Below are positions 27,195 to 35,911 of a stretch of 63,060 nucleotides of DNA, piece by piece. A model generated the notes under the pieces. The model searched no databases and was not told where the DNA came from. It saw only the letters and a program-made list of their open reading frames with translations. How positions within the stretch are numbered: the stretch's first letter is position 1; each line of letters opens with the position of its first letter. The position numbers and the translations under genes were made by a program. The stretch comes from Planctomycetota bacterium (GTDB taxonomy: Bacteria; Planctomycetota; UBA1135; GCA-002748355): positions 1 to 63,060 of the forward strand of contig JAJRTL010000076.1 of NCBI GenBank assembly GCA_024278315.1. The letters are read 5' to 3'.

Positions 27195-27242
27195 GAAGTT
27201 CTCAGTGGGCAGGAGTGGAAGGTCGACCTGTAGACAAGCTAA

Positions 27243-27462
27243 CCCGGACTATTCATGAGATCGTTGTGAGCAAATGCGAGATCGGCTGCGCCGATCTCGC
27301 ATTTGCGGTCTGACGAGCGCATTTCGAGTTCAGGACGGCTGCGCGAGATATGAGGCGACCCAAGAGGGTCGTCGAATCGAAGCCATGCCGAGCGAACCCA
27401 TAGGTTCGCGGTCCTGGACCGAAAGACGCCATCAGACGCATCGAGGTCATGAATCGTTCGGG
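27243..27462 (+). mobile_element. foldback MITE-like element, full copy 1 (220 bp)
   Basis: Left end CCCGGACTATTCATGAGATCGTTG; right end reverse complement CCCGAACGATTCATGACCTCGATG. Flanked by CTAA on both sides (27239-27242 and 27463-27466). Perfect internal 17-bp hairpin at 27270-27306. Confidence 0.85.
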
Positions 27463-27746
27463 CTAATGAGTATGCCAGAGATCGACCCGCTGTTGACAGC
27501 TCTCAGAATGAGGCGACGGGCACGTATCTCTAGTTGGGTTTCTATCGACCGGGTGGGAGCCCACCTGTGGGCCGATCACCGGGCCGGAGCCAACAGATTC
27601 CCCAACTGCACACCTATAACCTGTTTTAGACACACATGTTACGGTAACTCAAGCCGAGGTCGTGCGCCAAATGGTCACCACCGGGAACTGCGAGACACAC
27701 CCTGCGTTCAGGCCGGCTGACCCGAGAGGACAAGCGTAGATCCACC

Positions 27747-28253
27747 ATGAAGACGACCCGAAATCTCCTTTGCATCACGATCGCTCTCAGCGTCTGGAGC
27801 TGCAGTCCCACGGGGACTTCGCGGGACAATGGCGCCCAGCCCATGCAAGGTCAAGGTGTGGCGCCCATCCCTGACGGCCCGATCCCACAGGAGGACGTGG
27901 TGCTGACCTTGGAGGGATCCGTGGTGCAGGATCCAACCGCCAGGGAGTGGGAGCAGATCCAAGTACGGTTGTCCAACCGCTCAGGACGAGCCCTCGGATT
28001 CACAGGCTACGACGAGACCCAACCTTGGTATCGCATCCAGCGCTTCATCGACTCCAAGTGGGTCGACCACCAGGTCGGCTGGTACTGCGGAACCGGGCTT
28101 CGTCAATGCAAGATTCCATCGGGTATGTCTTCGATCATCCCCGTGTCCGTGCGCAAGGATCTCTACCCCATCCGTGTCGGTGTCACCTACTCACTCGGTG
28201 CGGGCAAGGCCGAAAGCCAAACCGTCTGGAGCGCACGCATCGACGCACGCTGA
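27747..28253 (+). CDS. hypothetical lipoprotein
   Basis: MKTTRNLLCITIALSVWSC signal/lipobox; 168 aa; no recognisable domain. Confidence 0.6.
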   Translation: MKTTRNLLCITIALSVWSCSPTGTSRDNGAQPMQGQGVAPIPDGPIPQEDVVLTLEGSVVQDPTAREWEQIQVRLSNRSGRALGFTGYDETQPWYRIQRFIDSKWVDHQVGWYCGTGLRQCKIPSGMSSIIPVSVRKDLYPIRVGVTYSLGAGKAESQTVWSARIDAR

Positions 28254-28518
28254 CTGGGATCCCGGCACCCACTCCGGGGTGTGGATCCCATGCAATGGAG
28301 CCTGCGAGGCAGCATCACCGACACCGTTTAGGAAATCAGCTCCATAAGCTCTAGGTGTCGCATGGAAGAGGGATGGGGGTCGACCTTCCACGACGACCTG
28401 TGTGCGCAACACGCCTGATCTTGGGGCTCAAGTCCCATATCCAAGCCTGACGATATCGCCTGGACGAGTTGGTTAGACACTCGGTCAGACGTACGAAACA
28501 AAAGGACACACAGGACAC

Positions 28519-29028
28519 ATGAAGCACCTATCCAAGATCGCCGCTATTCTCTCTCTCGCCGTGCTCTCCGGTTGTGCCAGCATGCGCCAGTACGCTGCAC
28601 GCCAGGAGTTCATCATGAAGAAGACGCTCCAACACGAGTATGAAATGCCCTTGGCGCAGGTTTGGCCACAGGCGCGGACCATCCTCTTCGAGATGGGTTA
28701 CGAGGTGAAGGACACAGGCGAGGGCGGAAGCTACACCCTGGCCACGGAGTGGCGCCACGAGTCCATGGAGACGGTGCGCTACCTCGTGCAGGGCGTGAAC
28801 ACCGGCAGCGACAGTTGCAAGGTCCTGTTCACAAGGGCCATCAAGGGCACGACTGGTGGCGGCTTCAGCGGGAACACAAACTACGGGAGCTCCAGTAGCC
28901 AACAGTCCAACCGTGACTGGCAGGTCGAGTGGAACCTCATCCAGCGCGCCGACCCGCAAGCCGCCGCACAGATCAACTCGGGCGCCGACATCGCCGGTCA
29001 GGCAGCCTACGCCTCACCTGGTAAGTAA
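28519..29028 (+). CDS. hypothetical lipoprotein
   Basis: MKHLSKIAAILSLAVLSGC is a classic lipoprotein signal (LSGC); 169 aa. Confidence 0.65.
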   Translation: MKHLSKIAAILSLAVLSGCASMRQYAARQEFIMKKTLQHEYEMPLAQVWPQARTILFEMGYEVKDTGEGGSYTLATEWRHESMETVRYLVQGVNTGSDSCKVLFTRAIKGTTGGGFSGNTNYGSSSSQQSNRDWQVEWNLIQRADPQAAAQINSGADIAGQAAYASPGK

Positions 29029-29312
29029 GAACCCGACCGTCGACGCCAATCGCTCCCATGCGGTCACCGACGCAATGCTGGATGCATGATCTTGCATTCC
29101 ACAGTCGTCGTCACGGTGGCAATCTCCTCGATGCCATCGTGACGACGCATGTACAGCGCCCTCCTTCTGGATAGGGGTCACCTTCCGACTGTGCAGGGCG
29201 AGCAACCGGGCTATGATAGGCGCCAAGAATCGTGATGCTCGCGACTGTCCCCTGGCGGTCACGGACGACGCAACACGCCTCGCTACTCCTCCCCTCGCAT
29301 GGAGCCTCTCAG

Positions 29313-30476
29313 ATGTTCAAGGTCTACCTCCTCTCTACGCTCGCAGTCACTGCATCACTGGGCCTCTCCCAGGCCAGCACGACACTCCCCAAAGGGTTCG
29401 ACAAGACCCAGGGCACGTCCTATTTCTGGAGTGGATTCAGCGTCGCACCAACAACAAATCTCGACTACAAGTACTACACTTCGAGAAGCGTCTTCCTCTA
29501 CGACTCCTCGACATTCCCTTGGAATCCGAAGAGTGCCAAGGTCATCGACAAGATCAGCTTCCGGCGGTCGCATTCGAATCCCGCTGCGACAGCTGCGGCC
29601 CACAAGGCCAAGTGGGTCGTCATCATATCGACGAGCAACCAACCGGCTCATCGTCCGAACACGAAGTTCGATGACAACCATGGCAGCAACAAGAAAGTCG
29701 TGTTCGGAGCCAAGGGCCCCCAGGAGGTGAAGTTCCTGGCCACGCCACAACCCAAGGCCTTCACGACGGCACCTTTCGATGTGACGGTGGATATCACCAA
29801 CTTCCTGGTGCTTCCCAACACCAAGACCCTCGTCATCGAAATCCGCAGCTACAGCAGTGACGTTCGTTTCGGTGACTGGTATGTGGATTCGGCCATCTAC
29901 CCGGGCACCGGCTACAACGGTGGTGGCTACACGCTGTTCTACTCGACGCACTGTCTCGCCCCTCGGGCTTTCTACTCGGCCCGTGCCAGCTATCTCAATG
30001 GCCACCTCGCTCACATCTGGAGGACCGGTCGGAAAGGCGGCTTGCCGGTCATCGGCCTGGCAGGGACTCGAATGACGACAGGTATCAAGGTGCCCAACAC
30101 GACCTGCGAGTGGTACATCAACCCGATGATCACAGCGGTCACCCTGACAGCCAATGGTCCCGGGCACGCCACGAATCCTGGTCAAGGCACTGCATACCTG
30201 GACTGGGGCCCCATCCCACCTATCGCCTCCCTGGTCGGAATCAAGGTGGCTCACCAGGCTCTCATCATCGACCCCAGCGCCAACAAGCTAGGCATCGGCA
30301 TCACCCGTGGCGGTGAGACATCGATTGGAACCGCGTACGACAACAAGTACGTCAACGTGGGGGCCACCTACTCCTTCGGCCCACAGAACCACCGCTACAA
30401 CAAGTTCATGGACGCTGACAAGGAAACCTACGGACGCTACTTCTACCGTCGGGTCCCCATCATCAACATCCAGTAG
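29313..30476 (+). CDS. secreted paralog-family protein B
   Basis: Start at MFKVYLLSTLAVTASLGLSQAS (ATG 29313). It shares the family layout: an N-terminal LPKGF..T.G segment, a conserved Cys pair (STHCLAP ... NTTCEWY) and a C-terminal Q.LIIDPSANKLGI..T.GG module. Confidence 0.75.
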   Translation: MFKVYLLSTLAVTASLGLSQASTTLPKGFDKTQGTSYFWSGFSVAPTTNLDYKYYTSRSVFLYDSSTFPWNPKSAKVIDKISFRRSHSNPAATAAAHKAKWVVIISTSNQPAHRPNTKFDDNHGSNKKVVFGAKGPQEVKFLATPQPKAFTTAPFDVTVDITNFLVLPNTKTLVIEIRSYSSDVRFGDWYVDSAIYPGTGYNGGGYTLFYSTHCLAPRAFYSARASYLNGHLAHIWRTGRKGGLPVIGLAGTRMTTGIKVPNTTCEWYINPMITAVTLTANGPGHATNPGQGTAYLDWGPIPPIASLVGIKVAHQALIIDPSANKLGIGITRGGETSIGTAYDNKYVNVGATYSFGPQNHRYNKFMDADKETYGRYFYRRVPIINIQ

Positions 30477-30562
30477 CTGTCCGCGGGCAGGGAGTGGGGA
30501 CAGCAGTGAGGGGGGAGGTTGACCGGGGTTTCGAAGGTACCCTTGTAAGAAAGGTAGGTTAG

Positions 30563-30782
30563 CCCGGACTATTCATGAGATCGTTGTGAGCAAAATCGAG
30601 ATCGGCGCAGCCGAGCTCGATTTTGCGGTCTGACGAGCGCATTTCGAGTTCAGGGCGGCTGCGCGAGATATGAGGCGACCCAAGAGGGTCGTCGAATCGA
30701 AGCCATGCCGAGCGAACCGATAGGTTCGCGGTCCTGGACCGAAAGACGCCATCAGACGCATCGAGGTCATGAATCGTTCGGG
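30563..30782 (+). mobile_element. foldback MITE-like element, full copy 2 (220 bp)
   Basis: Same termini as copy 1. Flanks TTAG (left) and TTGG (right). The internal hairpin at 30590-30626 carries two compensatory base-pair swaps relative to copies 1 and 3. Confidence 0.85.
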
Positions 30783-30841
30783 TTGGGAGATCCTCGCGAA
30801 GCCACGGGACTTCTGGAAAACATCGATGGCAGTCTGATGTA

Positions 30842-30896
30842 GCTCATCCACAGAGTTCATCCACAGAGCTCGTCCCAGACAGCTCGTCCCAAAGAG
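30842..30896 (+). repeat. four tandem ~14-bp direct repeats just upstream of the EEP gene start
   Basis: GCTCATCCACAGAG / TTCATCCACAGAG / CTCGTCCCAGACAG / CTCGTCCCAAAGAG, ending 9 nt before ATG 30906. Confidence 0.6.
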
Positions 30897-30905
30897 ATTG
30901 GATCC

Positions 30906-31760
30906 ATGTCCAGACACCTACACCCTGTCGTCGTTGCCCTGATCGGTGTTGCCGCATTCTGCGTTGCCTGCAGGAACACCGCCTCTACCGATGGTCCACC
31001 AGAGGTCAAACCCTTGCGCGTCCTGAGCTACAACATCCATCACGGCGCTGGCGTCGACCGAAAGCTCGACCTCGAGCGTATCGCTGGAATCCTGAAGCGC
31101 AGCGGGGCCGACCTCATCGCCCTGCAGGAAGTCGACCGCGTTGTCCAGCGCACCGGCAAGGTGGACCAGCTACAGGAACTCGCGAGGCTCACCGGGATGC
31201 ATCCCGCCTTCGCCAGGTTCATGGACTATGGGGGTGGCAAGTATGGCCTCGCCATCCTCAGCCGGTATCCCATCGACCACTCCTGGCCGATCCTGTTGCC
31301 GCCCGGCAAGGCCGAGCCGCGCAGCGCGTTGGCCATCCGCGTCGAGCACCCCGGGTTCGGGCCAGTCACCTTCGTCTGCCTGCACTTCGACTGGATCGAC
31401 GACGACACACAACGCTACGCGCAAGCGCAGGCGCTCCTGGCTGCACTGGGGGATGTGGCCGGAACGGTGATCCTCGCGGGCGACTTCAACGACCGGCCTG
31501 GCTCGCGCACTCTACGACTGATTCTGGGACAGTTCACTCATGCGGCCAAGCCCGAGGATGCGAACGGGACCTTTCCCGCACCCAAGCCCGACCGCGAGAT
31601 TGATTTCGTGATGTTCCGACCGACCGACCAGATCGAAGGCCTTTCCCACGTCCTCGACGAAGGCGTTGCTTCCGACCACCGGCCGGTGCTGGCCGAGCTG
31701 CGCTACATCAGCCCACCCTCACCACCTGTCACACCTTCTTCACCTGGCCACCAGCCATGA
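30906..31760 (+). CDS. endonuclease/exonuclease/phosphatase (EEP) family protein, secreted
   Basis: LRVLSYNIHHG, IALQEVD, GDFND and SDHRPVLAEL motifs of the EEP fold, with an N-terminal signal-like segment. Confidence 0.85.
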   Translation: MSRHLHPVVVALIGVAAFCVACRNTASTDGPPEVKPLRVLSYNIHHGAGVDRKLDLERIAGILKRSGADLIALQEVDRVVQRTGKVDQLQELARLTGMHPAFARFMDYGGGKYGLAILSRYPIDHSWPILLPPGKAEPRSALAIRVEHPGFGPVTFVCLHFDWIDDDTQRYAQAQALLAALGDVAGTVILAGDFNDRPGSRTLRLILGQFTHAAKPEDANGTFPAPKPDREIDFVMFRPTDQIEGLSHVLDEGVASDHRPVLAELRYISPPSPPVTPSSPGHQP

Positions 31761-31795
31761 GCAGCCCAACCTGCCTGGCACTTCTGCAGCCTTAT

Positions 31796-31826
31796 CCCGG
31801 ATGATTCATGAGATCGTTGTGAGCAA
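31796..31826 (+). mobile_element. solo left-type terminus (31 bp) of the foldback element family
   Basis: CCCGGATGATTCATGAGATCGTTGTGAGCAA matches the left end of the full copies and then diverges. Left flank is TTAT. Confidence 0.7.
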
Positions 31827-32115
31827 CTACGCGTCAGGCTATAGGGGGAGGAGCTTTCGACGGCAATCTGTGGAAGATCATCCACTGACTACCGGAGACT
31901 GGATAGAGAAGTCGGCTTTTGTGGGCGGCTGGGCTGGGGGGGCTTGCTAAATTCGGCCCCGTGGTTCGTGGATCTTGGCTACAGGGAGCGAGCGGACTAC
32001 AAGACTGGATGCGGCAGGTGAGGCGATTGCCACAAGCCGCTACTGAGCAAGCTCTTGGATTATTCGATTGGGTCAAGAGACTGGCCCATTCACCACTCAC
32101 AGGATCAGGCATTCG

Positions 32116-33591
32116 ATGTGCGGCTTCATTTCCATTTTCGGTTCTGACGGGACCCCTGTGCTCACGGACATCCTGGACGGACTCCTGGCCATCCAGCATC
32201 GCGGCCAGGATGCAGCCGGAGTCGTGACCTACGACGGCCAGCGTTTCAACGCCAAGAAGGGCATCGGCCTGGTCCGCGAGGTCTTTGGCGCCAAGCACCT
32301 GGATCGGCTGAAGGGCAACATGGCCGTGGGCCACGTGCGTTACCCCACGGTTGGCAAGGGCGAGGACATGGATGTCCAACCCTTCTGGCACGACTTTCCC
32401 TTCGGCATCGCCATGGCCCACAACGGCAATGTCACCAACTTCGTCGACCTCAAGAACAACTACTTCCCAAGCCACGGCATCCCTCTCTCCAGCGACTGCG
32501 ACCTTGAAGCCGTGCTCGACGTCATGGCCAAGTCCCTGGTCGACAGCAACTTCAAGAACAGCAGCAACCTCAGAGACATCGGCAAGGAAGAGATCTTCTC
32601 TGCGGTCAGCGAAGTCTTTCGCATGGTCAAGGGCGCCTACTCGGTCGTGGGCATGATCGCCGGCAAGGGCATGTTCGCCTTCCGCGACCCCTACGGCATC
32701 AAGCCCATCATCTTCGGCGAGCGTCAGGAGGACAACGGCCAGTCCTACGCCTTGGCCAGCGAGTCCGTGGTCCTGGACGTGACGGGATACACCAACAAAC
32801 ACGATCTCCAGCCCGGTGAAGCCCTCTGGATCGACATGGACCGCAAACTGCATTGGCGCAAGCTCACCGACACACCGCATCGCCCGTGCATCTTCGAGCA
32901 GGTCTACTTCGCGAGGCCCGACAGCATCCTCGACGACATCTCGGTCTACAAGACGCGCATGCGCATGGGCTATGCCATCGCCAAGAAGTTCCAGAAGACC
33001 GGCCTGAAGCCCGACGTCGTGATCCCTGTGCCCGAGTCGGCGCGCACCGCAGCCCAGGCCATGGCCCAGGAGCTCGGCGTGCCCTGCCGCGAAGGCCTGG
33101 TCAAGAGCCGCTACGTCGGCCGGACCTTCATCATGGCAGACGACACTCTGCGCAAGAAAAGCATCCGACAGAAGCTCAATCCCATCCCGCTCGAGTTCCG
33201 GGACAAGAAAGTCCTGTTGCTCGATGACTCCATCGTTCGCGGCAACACCAGCCGTGAGCTCGTGCGCATGGCAAAGGAAGCGGGAGCCAAGGAGGTCTAC
33301 CTGGCCAGCTATTCTCCCCCACTGATCTATCAGTGCCCCTACGGCATCGACATGAGCACCAAGAAGGAGTTCATCGCACGCGGTCGGAGCTACGAAGAGC
33401 TGCGCAAGGAGATCGGCTGCGACGCGCTGATCTACCAGGATCTCGAAGACATGGTCGAGGCTGCACGCGTGGGCAATCCCAAGATCGAGAAGTTCTGCAC
33501 GGCTTGCTTCAATGGAGACTACCCGACCGGCGACATCACGACCGAGATCCTCGACAAGATCGAGGATGAACGCATCGAGGCACATACCTGA
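32116..33591 (+). CDS. purF: amidophosphoribosyltransferase
   Basis: MCGFISIFG N-terminus (Cys2 nucleophile), HRGQDAAG, and a PRTase motif VLLLDDSIVRGNTS. Start ATG 32116 lies within ORF 32068-33591. Confidence 0.95.
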   Translation: MCGFISIFGSDGTPVLTDILDGLLAIQHRGQDAAGVVTYDGQRFNAKKGIGLVREVFGAKHLDRLKGNMAVGHVRYPTVGKGEDMDVQPFWHDFPFGIAMAHNGNVTNFVDLKNNYFPSHGIPLSSDCDLEAVLDVMAKSLVDSNFKNSSNLRDIGKEEIFSAVSEVFRMVKGAYSVVGMIAGKGMFAFRDPYGIKPIIFGERQEDNGQSYALASESVVLDVTGYTNKHDLQPGEALWIDMDRKLHWRKLTDTPHRPCIFEQVYFARPDSILDDISVYKTRMRMGYAIAKKFQKTGLKPDVVIPVPESARTAAQAMAQELGVPCREGLVKSRYVGRTFIMADDTLRKKSIRQKLNPIPLEFRDKKVLLLDDSIVRGNTSRELVRMAKEAGAKEVYLASYSPPLIYQCPYGIDMSTKKEFIARGRSYEELRKEIGCDALIYQDLEDMVEAARVGNPKIEKFCTACFNGDYPTGDITTEILDKIEDERIEAHT

Positions 33592-33609
33592 GCTCCAAGC
33601 AGGCATCCC

Positions 33610-34548
33610 GTGTTTGACATCATCTCAGACCTGAGCTCTCTACCACGTCGCGTCGAGGACACGCAAGGCAAGGCCTGGTTCGTCCTCGACTACTCGCTGG
33701 CAGAGGCCCTGATCCGTCGGGGTGCTGACAGCAAACGCATAGCCATCGGCGAACTCGGCAGTCAGCAGGAGTGGGAGTTGGCACTGGAACAGGCGGGACC
33801 CGACGGCCCCATTCCACCTCCCCATGCCTACGAACCCGAGCTGCGCTCCCTGCTGGCCCTGCCAACCTACAACGAAGCCGAGAACCTGGAGAAGATGGTT
33901 CAAGCCATCCACACCTGGCTCGACAGCGACATCCTGATCATCGATGACAACTCGCCCGACGGCACAGGCGACATCGCTGATCGACTCGCAGAAGCCGACT
34001 CCCGCGTGCACGTCCTGCATCGCCAGGGCAAGGAAGGCCTCGGCAAGGCCTACATCTCTGGCTACGGCTGGGGCCTGGAGCAGGGATACGAACTCCTGTT
34101 CCAGATGGACTGCGATCTCAGCCATCCCCCCTGGGATTTGCCGCGCATGGCGCACGCTGCCAAGACAGCCGATCTCGTCATTGGTAGTCGCTACGTTCCT
34201 GGAGGTCGAACCGACGGCTGGGTGTTCCGTCGCCGCCTGCTCAGCAAGGGCGCCAACCTCTACACCAAGATCTGGCTCGGCTTCGGCATCCAGGACTGGA
34301 CGGCCGGTTTCCGCTGCTACCACGCTGACCTTCTGCGCCGCATCCGACTGGATCAGGTCTCGGCCAGCGGTTACAGCTTCCAGGTGGAGATGGCCTACCG
34401 CAGCAAGCGCAAGCGTGCGCGCATCCAAGAAGTCCCTATCCGTTTCACCGATCGTGAGGAGGGCATCAGCAAGATGAGTGGCGGGATCGCCAAGGAGGCG
34501 ATCCGGCTCGTGCCAGCCATGCGATTCAAGCGTATCTCGCGCGATTGA
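33610..34548 (+). CDS. GT2 polyprenol-phosphate mannosyltransferase (Ppm1/DPM1-like)
   Basis: LPTYNEAENL, IIDDNSPDGT, QMDCDLSH and GYSFQVEM are the pattern of polyprenol monophosphomannose synthases. GTG start, with an ~80-aa N-terminal extension. Confidence 0.85.
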   Translation: MFDIISDLSSLPRRVEDTQGKAWFVLDYSLAEALIRRGADSKRIAIGELGSQQEWELALEQAGPDGPIPPPHAYEPELRSLLALPTYNEAENLEKMVQAIHTWLDSDILIIDDNSPDGTGDIADRLAEADSRVHVLHRQGKEGLGKAYISGYGWGLEQGYELLFQMDCDLSHPPWDLPRMAHAAKTADLVIGSRYVPGGRTDGWVFRRRLLSKGANLYTKIWLGFGIQDWTAGFRCYHADLLRRIRLDQVSASGYSFQVEMAYRSKRKRARIQEVPIRFTDREEGISKMSGGIAKEAIRLVPAMRFKRISRD

Positions 34549-34551
34549 GTC

Positions 34552-35904
34552 ATGCCGAATCACACAGGGACTTCAAAACGCCACACGGAGCAACCCCAGG
34601 TACCCAAGAAGTGGATCGTCTCCATCCTGCTCTTGGTCGCCGTCATCGGTCTTGGGATCACATACAATCGCACAGCGGAAGAACTGGGCGTCTACAGGCT
34701 TGCAGCACAACGAATGCTCGAGGGAGAGGAGATCTACCGCCCTCTCGAACCCAAGCCCTTCACCTATCCACCATTTTTTGCCGCCCCTTTCATTCCGCTG
34801 CTCTGGATCCCTGCGACGCTCCAGAAAGGCATCTTCTTCCTCTTCAACCTGAGCCTCCTGTTCGCCATCCTGGTGATACTGCGTCGCATGCTCTCACCCT
34901 GGCTCGACAGAGATGCGGATGAGCAGGTCCTCGAAGATCCACCAGGCCCTCGGTCTTCAAACCGATTCAGGAAGGAAGCCCTCTTCTGGTTTCTTTGCTT
35001 TCTTCTGGCCGCGCGTCACGTCACCGCAGTATTCGAGAATCAGAGCCATGATCTGATCGTCTTCTTGCTGGTCATGGTGAGCACCTACGCCTACGCCAAA
35101 CACAAGACGAATCTGGCAGGTGCAGGGATGGGTCTTGCTGCCGCCTGCAAGGCGACGCCAATCCTGTTCCTTCCGGTCTACGCCTGGCAAGGCCGCTTCC
35201 GTGGGGCAGCAACAGGAGTGGTCATCCTTGCCGCTGCACTCCTTCTGCCCGATCTGATCTTCCCTCGCACAGCTGGCGGACTGTGGGTCCAGGCCTGGTT
35301 CGACTCCTTCCTCTCCAAAGTGAGCCCCGGCGAAGCCGCAGATGCCGAAGGCGCATGGTTCAGTTGGAACTTCCTGAACCAAAGCCTGACAGGCAGCCTC
35401 TATCGGCTCTCGACGCCTATCGGCGCTCGCACCTCCACCGCCTTCGACGTGAGCATCTGGAACCCTTCACGCGAAGTCCTCAAGTTCACGGGCTACGCGC
35501 TCCAACTCGGCCTGATCGCGATTGCGGCTTTTTCCTGTCTCCCACGCTTCACTCGTGGGCTCGACGACGATCGATTCACGCTCCGCAAACTCGGCGAAGC
35601 CGGCCTTCTCGTCTGCTGCATGGTTCTTCTGTCCCCCATGAGCTCCAAGAGTCACTTTGGCGTCCTCTTGATTCCGATTGCCTTCTGCACATTCGACCTG
35701 CTCTATCGCAAGCGGGATTGGATCGTAGCCACGCTTCTCGCGTTGATCTTCCTCACGGGCACGATCACGACCAAGGGCCTTCTCGGTGTCGATCTCGGCA
35801 ACGAGTTTCTCGCTCGCGGCACGGTTACCTTCGCGACGCTTTGCGCCTTCTTCGCAACCGCGCACGTCCTGTTCCACACGCGTAGCCGAGAGGCACGCGT
35901 ATAG
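34552..35904 (+). CDS. polytopic membrane glycosyltransferase, GT87/DUF2029-like
   Basis: 450 aa with about 10 predicted TM segments. N-terminal VYRLAAQRMLEGEEIYRP...FTYPPFFA segment typical of GT87 mannosyltransferases. Starts 4 nt after the Ppm1-like gene. Confidence 0.7.
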   Translation: MPNHTGTSKRHTEQPQVPKKWIVSILLLVAVIGLGITYNRTAEELGVYRLAAQRMLEGEEIYRPLEPKPFTYPPFFAAPFIPLLWIPATLQKGIFFLFNLSLLFAILVILRRMLSPWLDRDADEQVLEDPPGPRSSNRFRKEALFWFLCFLLAARHVTAVFENQSHDLIVFLLVMVSTYAYAKHKTNLAGAGMGLAAACKATPILFLPVYAWQGRFRGAATGVVILAAALLLPDLIFPRTAGGLWVQAWFDSFLSKVSPGEAADAEGAWFSWNFLNQSLTGSLYRLSTPIGARTSTAFDVSIWNPSREVLKFTGYALQLGLIAIAAFSCLPRFTRGLDDDRFTLRKLGEAGLLVCCMVLLSPMSSKSHFGVLLIPIAFCTFDLLYRKRDWIVATLLALIFLTGTITTKGLLGVDLGNEFLARGTVTFATLCAFFATAHVLFHTRSREARV

Positions 35905-35911
35905 CCGGCGC

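Noticed and set aside
27307-27345. A hammerhead-ribozyme-like CUGACGAG box inside the foldback element.
   Set aside because: The required GAAA core after a stem II is absent (GAGA is found instead), and no consistent three-stem junction can be drawn on either strand.
27253-27450. A 65-aa ORF (MTSMRLMASFGPGPRTY...) inside the foldback elements, repeated at 30573 onward and 48559 onward.
   Set aside because: Copy 3 carries a 1-nt deletion that shifts the frame. The amino-acid differences between copies 1 and 2 follow the compensatory hairpin changes. The ATG lies inside the terminal inverted repeat (TCATGA palindrome). Structure, not protein, appears to be conserved.
31880-31950. Possible ZTP (pfl) riboswitch upstream of purF, based on GACUACCGGAGAC ... 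GGGCGGCUGGGC.
   Set aside because: There is only partial resemblance to the conserved GACUGGCG, ACCGGGGAGC and CCGCCUGGGC boxes. The P2 hairpin between the first two boxes is missing, and the 3-prime box has a mismatch. This is not supportable without a covariance-model search.
31834-33606. Long antisense ORFs opposite well-supported genes: 31834-33606 opposite purF, 4432-6417 opposite the GltS-like gene, 38412-39593 opposite the peptidase, 33640-34563, 29355-30254, 10254-11324 and 1600-2556.
   Set aside because: These are typical GC-rich shadow ORFs. Their translations are low-complexity (Ala/Gly/Arg/Val/Asp-rich) with no motifs, and each overlaps a gene with clear family signatures on the other strand.
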